DNA of 64,000 nucleotides from Botryllus schlosseri (Eukaryota). Position numbers and translations under genes: made by a program. Location: positions 1,552,001 to 1,616,000 of the forward strand of contig CM119373.1 of assembly GCA_051294905.1 (NCBI GenBank), given 5' to 3'. Below are positions 26,351 through 38,041 of this stretch, piece by piece. Numbering within the stretch: the stretch's first letter is position 1; every line of letters begins with the position of its first letter. Below the pieces are notes generated by a model. The model had not been told where the DNA came from and searched no databases. It saw only the letters and a list, made by a program, of their open reading frames with translations.

Positions 26351-27723
26351 CAGTGGTTTCCAACGTGGGCGATATCGCCCCCTAGTGGGCGATTTTGAGA
26401 AACAAGAGGGATAAAATACGAAAGGAGAGACTGGGGGGCAAAAATGTTAGAACGTCAAGTGAGATATATTTAATTACCGCGGCCAAAATTTGCACGTAAA
26501 GAGGACTTATTCTGCATATGACGCGAAAAAAGCTCCACTTAACGGAACGTAGACGCGGAAACCGGTTTTCCGAGCACCTAGTCGGAAAAATGACCCTTTG
26601 TTTTAGTCAGTTTCCATCAGTGATCAGAGTTAGGTGAATAAAGGTAGGGGAGATGTGGTACCGATGGATCACTGGGACCGAAAATACTTAGAAAATTCTC
26701 TATGATAATTCCATGATTACACTCTGTGAACTTGTCTACAATAGCATGCTGGCAAAATCTTTCCTCACATACAAAAAAATTCGACGTGTGCGAGCTATGG
26801 GGTCTCTCACAGATGTTTTTTGTTTTGGGGGGTGTAAAGTAAATTTAGATCGACACATACATTTTTCTTTGTAACCTTCAACACGAACAAACAAGCAATC
26901 AATTTTATTGTGAAGTGTAGGGCTTGTATCAGGCTGTATATTGGCACCTATTATTTTTTTCAGTACTTTCCTTGAGATGAATTTTTTTCGATTCATGTAT
27001 AAACTTCGTAGGATGGGGACCGATGATACAATAGCCAAATCGAGCAAAATAATCAAGCATACTAATCATGAAACAAATGAAACATGCCTACGTACAGAAG
27101 ATATTTATGTAATAATTGCATATGATGTTTTGTCGCTATAACGAGGTATTTGGAAGTCACACAGTCGATTTTCGGGCAATATGTATGTACCCTAAAATTC
27201 ATAGGTCCGAGCCTAAATCGAAACGTGATTTTATGACAACATTTGAGTTAATATTTATTCTATGTGTTGACGGTTGCGATCAAACATTCTTCTTTGGCTT
27301 TCTGTAGCTTAGATTATAATACTGAGCAAGAAAAGTTGTCACATCTGAGTTTTTTAGGAAATGTGTGTCATAGGTCCCCGGGTCGTGTGCCATTGGACCC
27401 ACCCGGTGGGGACCGATGACACGTTCGAGCAACGAATTTTGAACGTCCATAAATATTTTTTGAAAAGACGGATATTCATGTGTATGTGCGCGATAGGTAG
27501 AGCTTGTATCGAAGTGCTGCGCCAGCAAAAGATCTGCCGTTTTCGGCTGAACATTTTGAGGTCAGCGATCATTTTCCAATTTTTGATCCATCGGTACCAC
27601 ATCTCCCCTACATAAACTTCGTAATTATATGCCCTCTTATTCGGATCCGTAAATTGTGAAGGGCGAAAATTAGTATCGAACTTGATAAGAGGGAGATGAG
27701 TCGAAAAAGTTTGGGAACCACTG
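26351..27723. mobile_element. hAT-like MITE nested in 24496-28029 (copy X counterpart ~11517-11925)
   Basis: Termini CAGTGGTTTCCAA / TTGGGAACCACTG, with no matching TSD. Confidence 0.7.
26647..27608. mobile_element. TA-flanked MITE (Tc1/mariner-pogo-like), copy Y only
   Basis: Perfect 25-bp TIR GGGGAGATGTGGTACCGATGGATCA, TA on both sides, and an empty TA site at 11811-11812. Confidence 0.93.
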
Positions 27724-30700
27724 AGTTAAACCCACGGCCTTCGGCGCGTAAGACTGTTAACGAATCTTGGCGGTAGCACGTTTATCTGGACAATGCAATT
27801 TTACTAGGACTTAGCAGACTCACTACCATAATATCACATGGATGCCGTCAGGAAGATAATTAATTACGATCAAATCCCTCTAAATGTCACTCTCTAACAC
27901 CATATAACTGCAAACAACGGTTGCATAATTTACATTTCGGGTTTATTTCAATTTTTAAAGTTCACCGGTCCGCCAGACATTTTTTGAAATTTTACCGGTC
28001 CGCAAGGTGAAAAACGTTGAGAACCACTGGATTAGATGGAATAGAAAGGGGAAAGGTTCCAGCAATATGTTACAACAACATTAGAAGGAAATCAGTGCAG
28101 ATGCGACGGGCATATTATGGCAGGCTGCTGCTGGAACCTTTCGAAAAGCTGCACTAAATTGCTTACAACCGAAAATAGTGCAAGAACCAATTTTGATTTA
28201 AGACAGGTTATTAATATTATATTACAACTGATTATTTTGAATTTAAAATAGGTGGTTGGCATGAAACTGATACAACTAATGCAACAAAATTTGAGTATTC
28301 AGATAACTACCTATATATATGATTAGAGTTTATTTTTTGTAGGCTACATGATATCCGTAAAGTCTCCAATTATGATAAATCAACTACCCCGAAATATAAT
28401 TCCGTTGCTGTATTTTAATTTAAAACAGTCTTCAGCGTATCAAAATAACAAGTAAATTGAATTTATAAACTTTATATTGCGACCGAGCCGACTTTTTATC
28501 CCGCCCACACAGCGAAATTATGAGATTTTATTCCAAATAGCCCCATGGGTCGTCTCCATAAATAGGGGTCATTTGAAAAAACCAAGGTCATATTCGGAAT
28601 CAGTGCCCTTCAGAAACCTCAACACCACTTTTACTTTGTCTGCCTAAAAGTATGCGTTGACCAGTGTAATCAAGCCATCCCGATATTTGATAAAGCAGAT
28701 GAATAATATCTAATCCCAATCCTAAACGAACTTGTTTTATGATAACGCATTATTAGATACATTGTACATTACTAACTCACACAGATATATGGAACATTCG
28801 GATGATAGCTGGTAAACTTCCGCGCGCACGTAAAGGCCACACTAATAGCGCAAAGAGTGTGTATTCCTACCAGTATAGCACCCTTCATGTACGGGTGTGA
28901 ATATAAACCCATCGCGCACGGATCCTGAACCGATCTCAGAATGATACCGCGGCATAAATTGATTACACAATTTCAAAGCGAATTATACATGCACGAGGAA
29001 CGTAGAAAGGTATGCACATACACGCCTGTAGGCCGTAAGATTTTTGACCGCGATATAATCCCGAGTCAAGTTTTGTTTTCGTGTACCACCCATTTCTGCT
29101 CTTTTGGTGTGAATAAACTCGCTTTTCTAATAAAATATTCAGTTTAGGCACAGAACGCTTAGTACATCATGCCTGATAAATGTCAGTGTCTACTCTACCA
29201 ATTGTAAAGCAAAAGGTATCAAAGGCCATTGCATTTATTGATTCGATATACGTGTCATTCCATTGTGATTCAACGAACCTGACTAAAATACGAGGTCACT
29301 GCAAAGTGGTCGATTGTCGCTTAATTACGCAAAACTCGTTGTTATCATTAAAACTTTCTCTCTTTGACGATAAATCGGTGTTTGTCCGAATAGTAACGAC
29401 CGTAAGAGCATTCCAGGACTATTACTCGTGACGTTTTTCATTTCATCATCGCTCTCCACAAATTACTCAATAATATGGGATTCAATAATTATTTACTTAT
29501 GCGTGTGAGAGTGAAGTGTAGAGCTGTTTAGCACTATATCAAAATATATTTCACGTGAGCAGAAAATTCATATCCGGTATTTTTGAATGGGCAACACACC
29601 GTTTACACGAATCTCAACGAACCACCAAAATCATTGTAAATTCATACATGGCGTACTCGCCAATGCTTGCCTTACGCTCACTACAGGCAGACAATCGTTT
29701 AAAGTTATTCCTAATATAAATAAGCCACAGCATAGAATTAAATACTTGCAGATCGGAATATTATACTATATTGTTCCACATAAATCCATCGACAATAATT
29801 CAGTTGTATGAATTCTATCCGCGCGCAGTGTATCTAACCAGTCGCTTCCACAATAGCATATCTGAAATTGATGTTTATGTAAACTTCAAGTCAAGAGTAT
29901 GGATGTGCAAAACTGAATTTATCAGCTATGAATTTATAAATCCGAAAATATATAAAGCAGAACTTTATTGATTGAATGAACACTAGCAATTTTGATATCT
30001 GAAATCGGTTCATCGAACAAACTTTTTACTCGAATTCACAATCATACGTCGAGAATCTACATCAGTGACTGTTCAGTGTTCAGTGTCTCGTATAATGGGA
30101 GTGCAATTCTTCAACAAATATCAAAAACCATAACGTATTCTTTATGGCAGTCTAGTCATAGAAATAGCCTATATAAATAGATTGATGTAGAAATTATACA
30201 ATTCATTTGATATGTCAAAACAATAATCCACCGTGTCGAGCGATACTGACATCTTGATATCTAATATAATGAAAATCCAAACCAGTGGTTTTTAACCTTT
30301 TCTTCTTCAGCGCCCCCTTTCAAAAGTTGCCTGAGTCTTGCGCCCCCCTATTTTAAGGAATGTAGTAAAAACCAATGGGTAAGTGGTCGAAGTCCGCTTT
30401 TGGGTTTGGACTTCACTATTAGACCACTCGACTAATTAACGGTATAATTTTTTATGCTGTTTTTGGAATCCAATCCAGGTTGTTATAACAACCATCGGGT
30501 AAGGACTACGGGCCAATAGCATTTGGTTCGAGATCGATGGACACATCTCGAATTCTCCTCTGCGATTAGCAATACGGTGAAGAAAATTATATTGCTGGAT
30601 TTGTTTTATTGCTTTGTGGGACCATTTAATCAACTCAGACTGTGGTAGAGATTTGCTCACAATAAATTTAGTGCTGCTCTCAGATTCAACATGAATGCGG

Positions 30701-30966
30701 GTAACAACACTCAGCAATATCATCCTTCTCAATTTCATTCGATTTCCAAGTTTTTCCGAATTCAGTAGCCAAATTCTAATTGTAAGTATAATCTAATTTG
30801 GAAATAACTGTGTTAATCTAATTCTAATTGTAATCTAATTTGAAAAAATTCTATAGCTCTAATTATAATTATAATCTAATTCGGAAATGCTAAAAACTTT
30901 CTAGTTGTCCTAGTCTGCCGCGTTAGTGGCGTCTTATAAAAGCCTATAAGTGGACCGTGCTGCAGG

Positions 30967-31146
30967 TATTGTTTGTTTGTTTTGGGGTATTCATGGTGTT
31001 TGTCGACTACGAGGGTCATTTACACCAGGCCGACATTCTTTTTATTTTCCGTAACTGCCGACTTATAGCACGGCCCACCTCTAGACTTTTGTAAGACACC
31101 GCTGACGCGGATGAGGTAATCCTCCAACACTTGGGTATCGAAATTC
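30967..31146 (-). mobile_element. Short retroposon inserted antisense into a copy of its own family, copy Y only
   Basis: 12-bp TSD CCGTGCTGCAGG (30955-30966, 31147-31158) and a (CAAA)n tail on minus. Its reverse complement resembles the host repeat, which is uninterrupted at ~18823-18965. Confidence 0.8.
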
Positions 31147-32615
31147 CCGTGCTGCAGGACAGCAGCTACGAAATTTAAATGAAGCACATTGGCCTGGTGT
31201 AAATGACCATAGTAGTCGACAAACCCCACGAATACCTCAAATCAAACAAACAAGCGACTAAAAAGGGAGCATAGAAATACACGAACTTATATCGTCGTTA
31301 GTGCCACTGATTTAGGGCTCCATAACTGTACTCAACAATCAAATCATCACAATTTTGCCAATTCCATTGTTGGAGAATAAATTCGTTGCTAGAATATAAA
31401 CCCTATGATCCGTGATATGATTTAATGCACTATTATGTATATATGATTGATAATAAAGTATTCAAGTGAAAATACGGACATGTGGCAAAATTTTGAAACG
31501 AGTTGACTGATGGTCAGGCCCGTGAGAGATTTGAAGATTTCAATCCTACCCGAGTAGCCATTTGAGTTTGACAACCGTGCTCTAAGCTTAATTGCAATGA
31601 CGAGATAGCATAATGGTATGATCCACGGCTGCAACACCAATTGGTTGCGGGTTCGAGTCTGACCGAGGTCGCCTCCAGAAATTCCAGCCAAGTGTTAGAG
31701 GTTTATATAGGGCTAGGCCCCTCTTCATTCACCTGATCGGCGCTAGCGATTTCTTAAAAAAGCCTAGAAGTGGATTTTGCTCTCAATATTGCAGGCCCAG
31801 AGTATTTTTCTGCACAGCGATCAATGTATATTTTTAAAGTTAGATGCCTCGTGGCTTTGCATTCAGAACAGTTCGTTTTACATGCAATCGAAATTTAAAT
31901 CATTGGTAAAACAGAGTATAAATTACACGACATTAAAAACTGTTGATTTTGTCTATTATGACATTTGAGATTCTATATAGTTGCTGAGTGACGTAAAGAC
32001 CGAGTGTCTCATTTCGACTTCCCAAAAGTGTTTATGAATACTGGCTGGGCACCGTTTAAACCCTAATACTGTCGTTATCGAGTGATCACTAGTAGATTAG
32101 TAATCATAAAAACTACATTAAGGTATGCTTTAAAGCTGCCAAACACAGTGGACCTGCCGTCTCGGTGGATTCAATCGGACGGATTTGCATGCCAATATCC
32201 TAATGGCGACAACTTTTTGAAAGAGGCAGAGATTGCTATCATTCCAGTGAACAGAATTCTACGTTGAAATCGGCCCCATATATTTGTTACTGAGAAGACC
32301 GAGTTTCCAAATAATGTCAGGAAACTAGCTCATAGGTGATTTTACAAATTTCTATTGTGTTTGAGTGTATTCGATCAAATGCAATCTAGAACATTCTAAT
32401 CGACTCGAGGATCAATTCTCGATTCGGAATCGTATCATTCGAGCCCTCGATGTTGCCCAGCCACAATTGCAATATTATTTTACTTGAAATGATGGCGAAG
32501 CAATCGTAGCATAGTAATGTGATACTAATAGTCTTTTACAGTTTACTGACAGAAAATTCGATTTCATTTTCGAAGTCTAATAAAAGTAATGTTTTACGAT
32601 ATTTTATCATTTTAG

Positions 32616-32783
32616 TTGAAAGAGCTCAGTATCATCGACAATTCAATGAATGAAGATGGATATGAAATACTCGTTCACATTCTGAAGCTGTTAGATTGCA
32701 AGAAATTGGTGCTCCAATATTGTTGTCTCACCAAGACTAAGTTGCAAGGAGTATTGAACGGATGTCGGGATCAAAATATCCAG
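32616..32783 (+). CDS. LRR (NLR-like) gene, A-type exon, copy Z (168 nt, phase 0/0)
   Basis: Acceptor TTTTATCATTTTAG and donor CAG|GTGCGT. Translates LKELSIIDNSMNEDGYEILVHILKLLDCKKLVLQYCCLTKTKLQGVLNGCRDQNIQ. Confidence 0.8.
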
Positions 32784-33541
32784 GTGCGTCATCATGAACA
32801 ATCCGTAATATCCAAGAAGACATGTCCCCAACGATTCGAAATTGTTCGTCATCCTGCTTCGTCTCAAAAACCATGCAGCATAAAATCGTTCACCGTTTGT
32901 TCTGGCGTTTACCAATACTCGTCGGAGGTAATTCGAATACCGAAGGCGTTTCGTATTTTGCAGCACAGAGAACCTTCTACATTTTAAAAATTGTTAACGA
33001 AGCGATAGAGTAGATATGATCAATATAGGAATATTCATGACATAAATCTAACTGGTGAGGCCGTTTTAGTGTTAGACGATGCGGTTCCATACACCTGTTG
33101 TCGTGGCATGGAATTTGGGAATTCTAGATAAACTGTTGCTGTTTCAAACGCGGAAAATAATTTGCAGCTCTGGTATGGCGTCCCTGATCTATAGCGAGGT
33201 AATTGGCTGAAAAGAGCCAATGTTAAATTTAGGATTTTAGGCCGAAAATTGGACACAATTTCATACTTTTAAGTTGTTTATCAATTTGGGTGGAGAGAGC
33301 TATGTCAATCACTGATTGTCCAATTGGGAGGTCAAGAATTAACAGCATGCAATAAAGTGACTAATAACAATTGGCTCACAGCATGATGCATCATTGTATA
33401 TAACTTGCCCTCAGTTTTCGAAGATACCCCTTGATCAACTCTACTAGTGAATGGGATCACATGGGCTGAGAAAGGATTCATTCTTGATAGGAATATGTGA
33501 AACTATTACCATTAAAGACGAAATTCATTAGTGAATCTGAA

Positions 33542-33715
33542 CAGCTTCTTGGAGGTACATAACTTCAATATACAATTGAATAGTATATTTATATTGCAAT
33601 GAACCCGAATATTTTCGGCTGACACTCGTCAGGGGTAATCGTCAGCAACTAGTAGAGAATTCAAAATAACATCTTATATCAACAATCGTAACACAAAATA
33701 TGACGTCACCAGCAG
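33542..33715 (-). mobile_element. Solo Penelope-like pseudo-LTR (family 1), copy Z
   Basis: Paralog of 21284-21457 at the same position, with the hammerhead intact. Confidence 0.85.
33603..33646 (-). ncRNA. Minimal type I hammerhead ribozyme, intact core
   Basis: The minus strand reads GCTGACG-ATT-ACCC-CTGACGA-G-TGTCAGC-C-GAAA-ATAT-TC-GGGT. Confidence 0.85.
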
Positions 33716-33760
33716 CATTACTGAATCGCACTTCGCTCGATCTTAACCGTTCCCATAACG

Positions 33761-34213
33761 TAGGCTTACCATATTTTGGAAATCAAAAAAGAGGACACTT
33801 TTTCAGAAATATCCAACTTGCAAAACCGGCGTCAAATTTTCAAAATTGGGCTAATTATTCCCACTTTGTGATCGGTTGACTAAAAAAAAAAAAAAAAGGT
33901 CATCTGTTCCGCTCAGATCTCAAAATAACGTTTTGTACTCCACTTCGCCAGGTGGATGACTAAAAAAAAAAAAAAAAAAAAAAAAGGTCTTCTTTTCGCT
34001 CAGAGCTAAAATTACCGTTTTTCACCCGTCGGAGCTTCACTTCTGGGCTAAAATGTGCCATGTCACTAGCAATTTGCTCTAAATCTGCTCTAAATCCTAA
34101 GAAAAGAGGACAAAATCTCAAAAAAGAGGACAAAAGGGCGTCCTCCGAGGACACTTTCAAAAAAGTCAAAAAAGAGGACAAATCCTCTTAAAAGAGGACG
34201 TATGGTAAGCCTA
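33761..34213. mobile_element. hAT MITE, copy Z only
   Basis: 13-bp TIR TAGGCTTACCATA, 8-bp TSD CCATAACG (33753-33760, 34214-34221), AAAGAGGACA subterminal repeats, and an empty site at 21506-21513. Confidence 0.95.
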
Positions 34214-34785
34214 CCATAACGTGACCACTCGCGATTTCGCTGCGTGTAGTAAGCGGATATGAAATAATAGATAAGTCCGGAGCTCACCGGAAATGGACAT
34301 GGATCTCTTAATATCAGTATTTGGCGTCCAGCTAGCTCATCGCCACTAAGCCCTTGAATGCTGCCGTAGGCTACATGATTAATCGAAATGCGGCCGTGAA
34401 TAGTAAAAAGGCTGGCGACCCCTTGTTTACACCTTGGAGATGAATTCCAGCTAAGCCTTTCATTTAAGAGAGCTCGTTTGCACTTGAAATTCAAATCATT
34501 CAAACTTTTTTTTTAAAATGGGGTCGAAGCATACACAATCTGCCAGCGACTTCAATACTAGTTGACAATATGTAACAGTATTTTAATAATCTGTAATATG
34601 TATTGTGCTGCATCCGGAATATTTCGCGATTGGTATTTTTCGTTACATGTCGCTATATCTCCAATCGCAATACCATGTATTCCATGGAGCCCACTGTAAA
34701 ATGACAACATGTAACAAAGTTTCTGTAAGCACTGCGGCGGGCGGTCATATTGTCAAGGATAATACCTCATGGTATAAATCTTATA

Positions 34786-35044
34786 ACCGCTCATGGAGCG
34801 TATTGCTCGCCAGACCCGAGTTAGTTTGGCGTTGCTGTCACAAGAAGTACAGAAATCTTGCCAATGAGATTTTTTAGCTTGCAGCACAACCTTTCTTGCT
34901 TCTGCCCGACGTCGCTTGAACGCGATAACATCTTCTGTGCGGAAGCTGCGTTTCATTTTGCAATACGCGGCTCGTTTCAGTCTGACTGCCTTCGAGCATT
35001 CCTTGGTCCACCATGGTATGCTCTGTTTCGCTACTGGTCTGGTT
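34786..35044 (-). mobile_element. Internal fragment of the I-group LINE, without TSD or tail
   Basis: Matches 13846-14104 at roughly 85-90% by eye (peptide MKRSFRTEDVIAFKRRRAEARKVVLQAKKSHWQDFCTSCDSN is shared). It replaces the sequence found at ~22092-22517 in copy Y. Confidence 0.9.
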
Positions 35045-36028
35045 CTGGATCTAACTTCACTGGGGTTACAGCGGTGGAGCGTAGCACTACAGTATTCACC
35101 ATCTTAAATCGGCGATAAAGATATGGATAAAGGGATCAAAGATGCAACTGACTACACATTAAGGGGGCAACATATTGCTCAATCTTGTTATAACAACTTG
35201 CGTCGATAGCGAAATACCATGTCACGAGCTTATCATCTATTACTACCCCCTTGGACACGCGAATAATAATTTTCGCGTCCATGGTTATAACCATGTCACG
35301 ACGTTCCGTGTTACTCGGAGTCAACTCGAGTCATTTTCATCTTGTCACCTAGTCATTCCGAGTAATTCTGCGAAAGGCCGCCTCAAACTTAAAGTCATAA
35401 TTTTCAGTCTCGAATCATATAAGGTTCATGTTTTATCATCAAGATTAGGCTATTCCATGTTATAGCAGATCTTCCACCGCGTGGTAGCGTTTGAAAGTGA
35501 TGCCATATACGAAGTTTGATCAGTAGTTTTATGTTTTTGGGCAAATTTAAAATGAATGATAACTTTTCAAATCAGACAAAAAGAAATGTTGCACTTAACT
35601 GCTGCCAAGTATAGCCTAATTGGATATCCAAAATTTTGACGTGGCCAAGCAAAATGTCCTCGTCGGCCGCGTGTTTGCGACCCAGGCTTAGAGCTTGCGG
35701 ATTACTATTATCAAAACCATGCTGGTGTAAATAGAGAAAAGAATTTCCAGCTTTGGCATGACGTTACTGGTCTATTGCGAATTAATCACAGAATATGAGG
35801 CAATACAAAATTTACGATTTTAGACCGAAAAGTGAGCATTTCCCCCCATACAGGTCTGTTCTGTAAGGTTGCTGTAAAATGGAAATGATGACGGATGGAG
35901 CTATGTCGAACAATAGTAGAGAAATCTAGCGTACACGAAGTGTGACATAATGCTCATTCTTCACGCGGAATGCGGTCACTAAATGTCGCTAAAAAGTCGC
36001 TACAAATAACGACATGTCAATGCGCGTG

Positions 36029-36077
36029 TGTCGATGTCGATGTCGATGTCGATGTCGATGTCGATGTCGATGTCGAT
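36029..36077. repeat. (TGTCGA)8 microsatellite
   Basis: Eight perfect hexamers; copies X (~7772) and Y (~23537) have a single unit. Confidence 0.95.
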
Positions 36078-36227
36078 CCCCAAAAAGAATCCTAAATCGA
36101 ACCTAACCTAACCCAAGCCAAACTTATCTCTACGTTAATATACTATTATCATTTCTGACCTTCAATAATATTCACGACACATCGCACCCTAAATATTTTG
36201 ACGATTACGTTCCGCAAAGAAAGATAA

Positions 36228-36640
36228 CACTGGTCAACAAAATGAAGAAAAAATGACAGAACATCTAGGAGGTGTTTCTGAAATTTTCAAGGTTGCCGAT
36301 TACGAATATCACATTTGTTTTTCCAGATTGCCTCTAAAAAAGAACATGTTCGTACACATAAAAAAGCTTCAAATCACTGTATTTACCCTTGAATATTTCA
36401 CTTGGTAGGAAATAAATCTTGGATTTTTTTTACTTTTATGCTGAGCATAAATTTATAATGGACTAGAACATTCATGTCGTTATCAGTTATTCCATCAATA
36501 TTAACATGACCTGATGCGAGAACTTCGTTAAAAACAGTTTGTCAAGCCAAGAATATGTTCTTTTGCTCGATGGTAATATATTTTATCCTGTAACCATCGT
36601 TCATTCTGCCAAGATGAAAGAGGTATATTAAGCTATCAAT
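36228..36640 (+). mobile_element. Chapaev3-type element 5' part, copy Z (truncated)
   Basis: TAA|CACTGGTCAAC start; similarity to 23695-24110 ends abruptly at ~36640. Confidence 0.85.
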
Positions 36641-36841
36641 TTCATGGGTGAACAGAAAATTTTGAATTTTTTTTACTAATTTTTAAAAAATAAATAAAAA
36701 AATTTCTTCTCTTGTAGTAATGCGGCTACTGGTTGGAATTGAACCAAATTTGGTGTGTTGGCTTCAATTCGGAAATCTAACAATTTTATCAAGTAGCAAC
36801 TAGAATTTGAAAGAAAAAGTCATTTTTGAACACCCCTACTG
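36641..36841. mobile_element. Probable single end of a Tc1/mariner-type element at the copy Z breakpoint
   Basis: Ends ...TTTTTGAACACCCCTACTG|TA (reverse complement CAGTAGGGGTGTTCAAAA). No partner end was found. Confidence 0.5.
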
Positions 36842-38041
36842 TACAGTGTACAGACATTTGTTATTCTCATGCGCATACGATGAACTATGATTGAAATTAA
36901 CGGGTGTGAGTATACACTATGACACACAAGACCTGAAGAATGCTGAAGTACCTCATTCTTATACCGCGGTATAAATCGAGTGCAATATTTTAATCCAAAT
37001 TTTGCATGCACGTAGGGTATATGACCTCGATATCATTATGACTCTGGTTGTGTTTTCATGTACCACGCTTTTCGGCCCCTTAGGTGTAAATACACACTAT
37101 TTTCGCTAAAAGTGCACTCGAATAAAATATGCATGTTACGCACAAAACGCGTAGTGTATTTTGCCCATTAGAAATCAGTGTCTACTCTACAAGTTGTAAA
37201 CCCAAATGTACGAACTGGCAGTGCATTCATCGATTCGATATCTCTATAATTCCATTGTGAGAACCTGACTAACCTGACTAAAATACGAGGTCACTGCAAA
37301 TTGGTCGATTGTCGCTTCATTGCGAAACATTCCTTATTTTCAATGAAACATTCTTTCTTTGACGATATAATCAGTGTTTTTCCAAATCGTAACGACCGTA
37401 AAAGCATTTCAGCACTATTATACGCGGCATTTTTCATTTCATCGTCGATCTCCACTAATTGCATATTATATGAAATTCGATAAAATATTCATTTATGCGA
37501 GTGAGAATCTAGAGTTAGTGATCATTATGCTAAGGTGAATTGCAAAATATGGTCGGAAGTTTCATCGCCTTTATTCTTGAATAGGCAATACAACTTTGAG
37601 AAGTCCATGCGTCTGAAGTATAATTATGTGGTCGTTTCCACAACAGAATGTTTTAAATAGATAATAACACGAACATCAAGCCAAGTGTTTAGATGTGCAA
37701 ATCAGAATTTATTAGCTATGAAAATTCTGTAACCGAAAATATATAAAAAGGAACGATATTTATCATGTTTCCAGCTATATTCGGATGAACTCTCGCAACT
37801 TTCGCATCTGATATCTTAAATTGGCTCAATAAACAAACGCTCTGTACGAATTCACATTCATATGACGATAATCAGCATATGGGACTCTTCAGTGCCTACT
37901 AAAAGGAGAGCACTTTTGCAATAAATATCACAAAACATAGCGAATTCTTTATTGTAGTCTGGACAGAGAGGTTGGTGTGAGATTGGTGTAGCAATTATAC
38001 AATTCGTTTAATACGTCCAAACAGTAATACACCGTGTCGTG

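Larger units (their letters stand above)
24496..28029. mobile_element. hAT element nested in Chapaev3 (copy X counterpart starts at 8734)
   Basis: TIRs CAGTGGTTCTCAAC / GTTGAGAACCACTG, 8-bp TSD GATTAGAT (24488-24495, 28030-28037), and GGTCCG subterminal repeats. Confidence 0.93.
23695..28666 (+). mobile_element. Chapaev3-type (CMC) deletion derivative with nested insertions, copy Y, both ends intact
   Basis: TIRs CACTGGTCAAC / GTTGACCAGTG and TAA TSD (23692-23694, 28667-28669). The decayed transposase reads GIFDGSQIR...AWNTF...HKAPNYKQLVRELVSAYGNLGPNMNIKFHFLFSHLD and, after the insertion, GERFQQ...IMAGCCWNL. This matches the Chapaev3 C-terminal consensus (MSLKIHFLHSHLD...QGERFHQ...MADYCW). 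Confidence 0.9.
19636..31915 (+). repeat. Tandem segmental duplication, copy Y
   Basis: Begins with the same GTATA..TTGCATGACATTA block as 6924 and 31916, and is colinear with X and Z. Confidence 0.93.
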
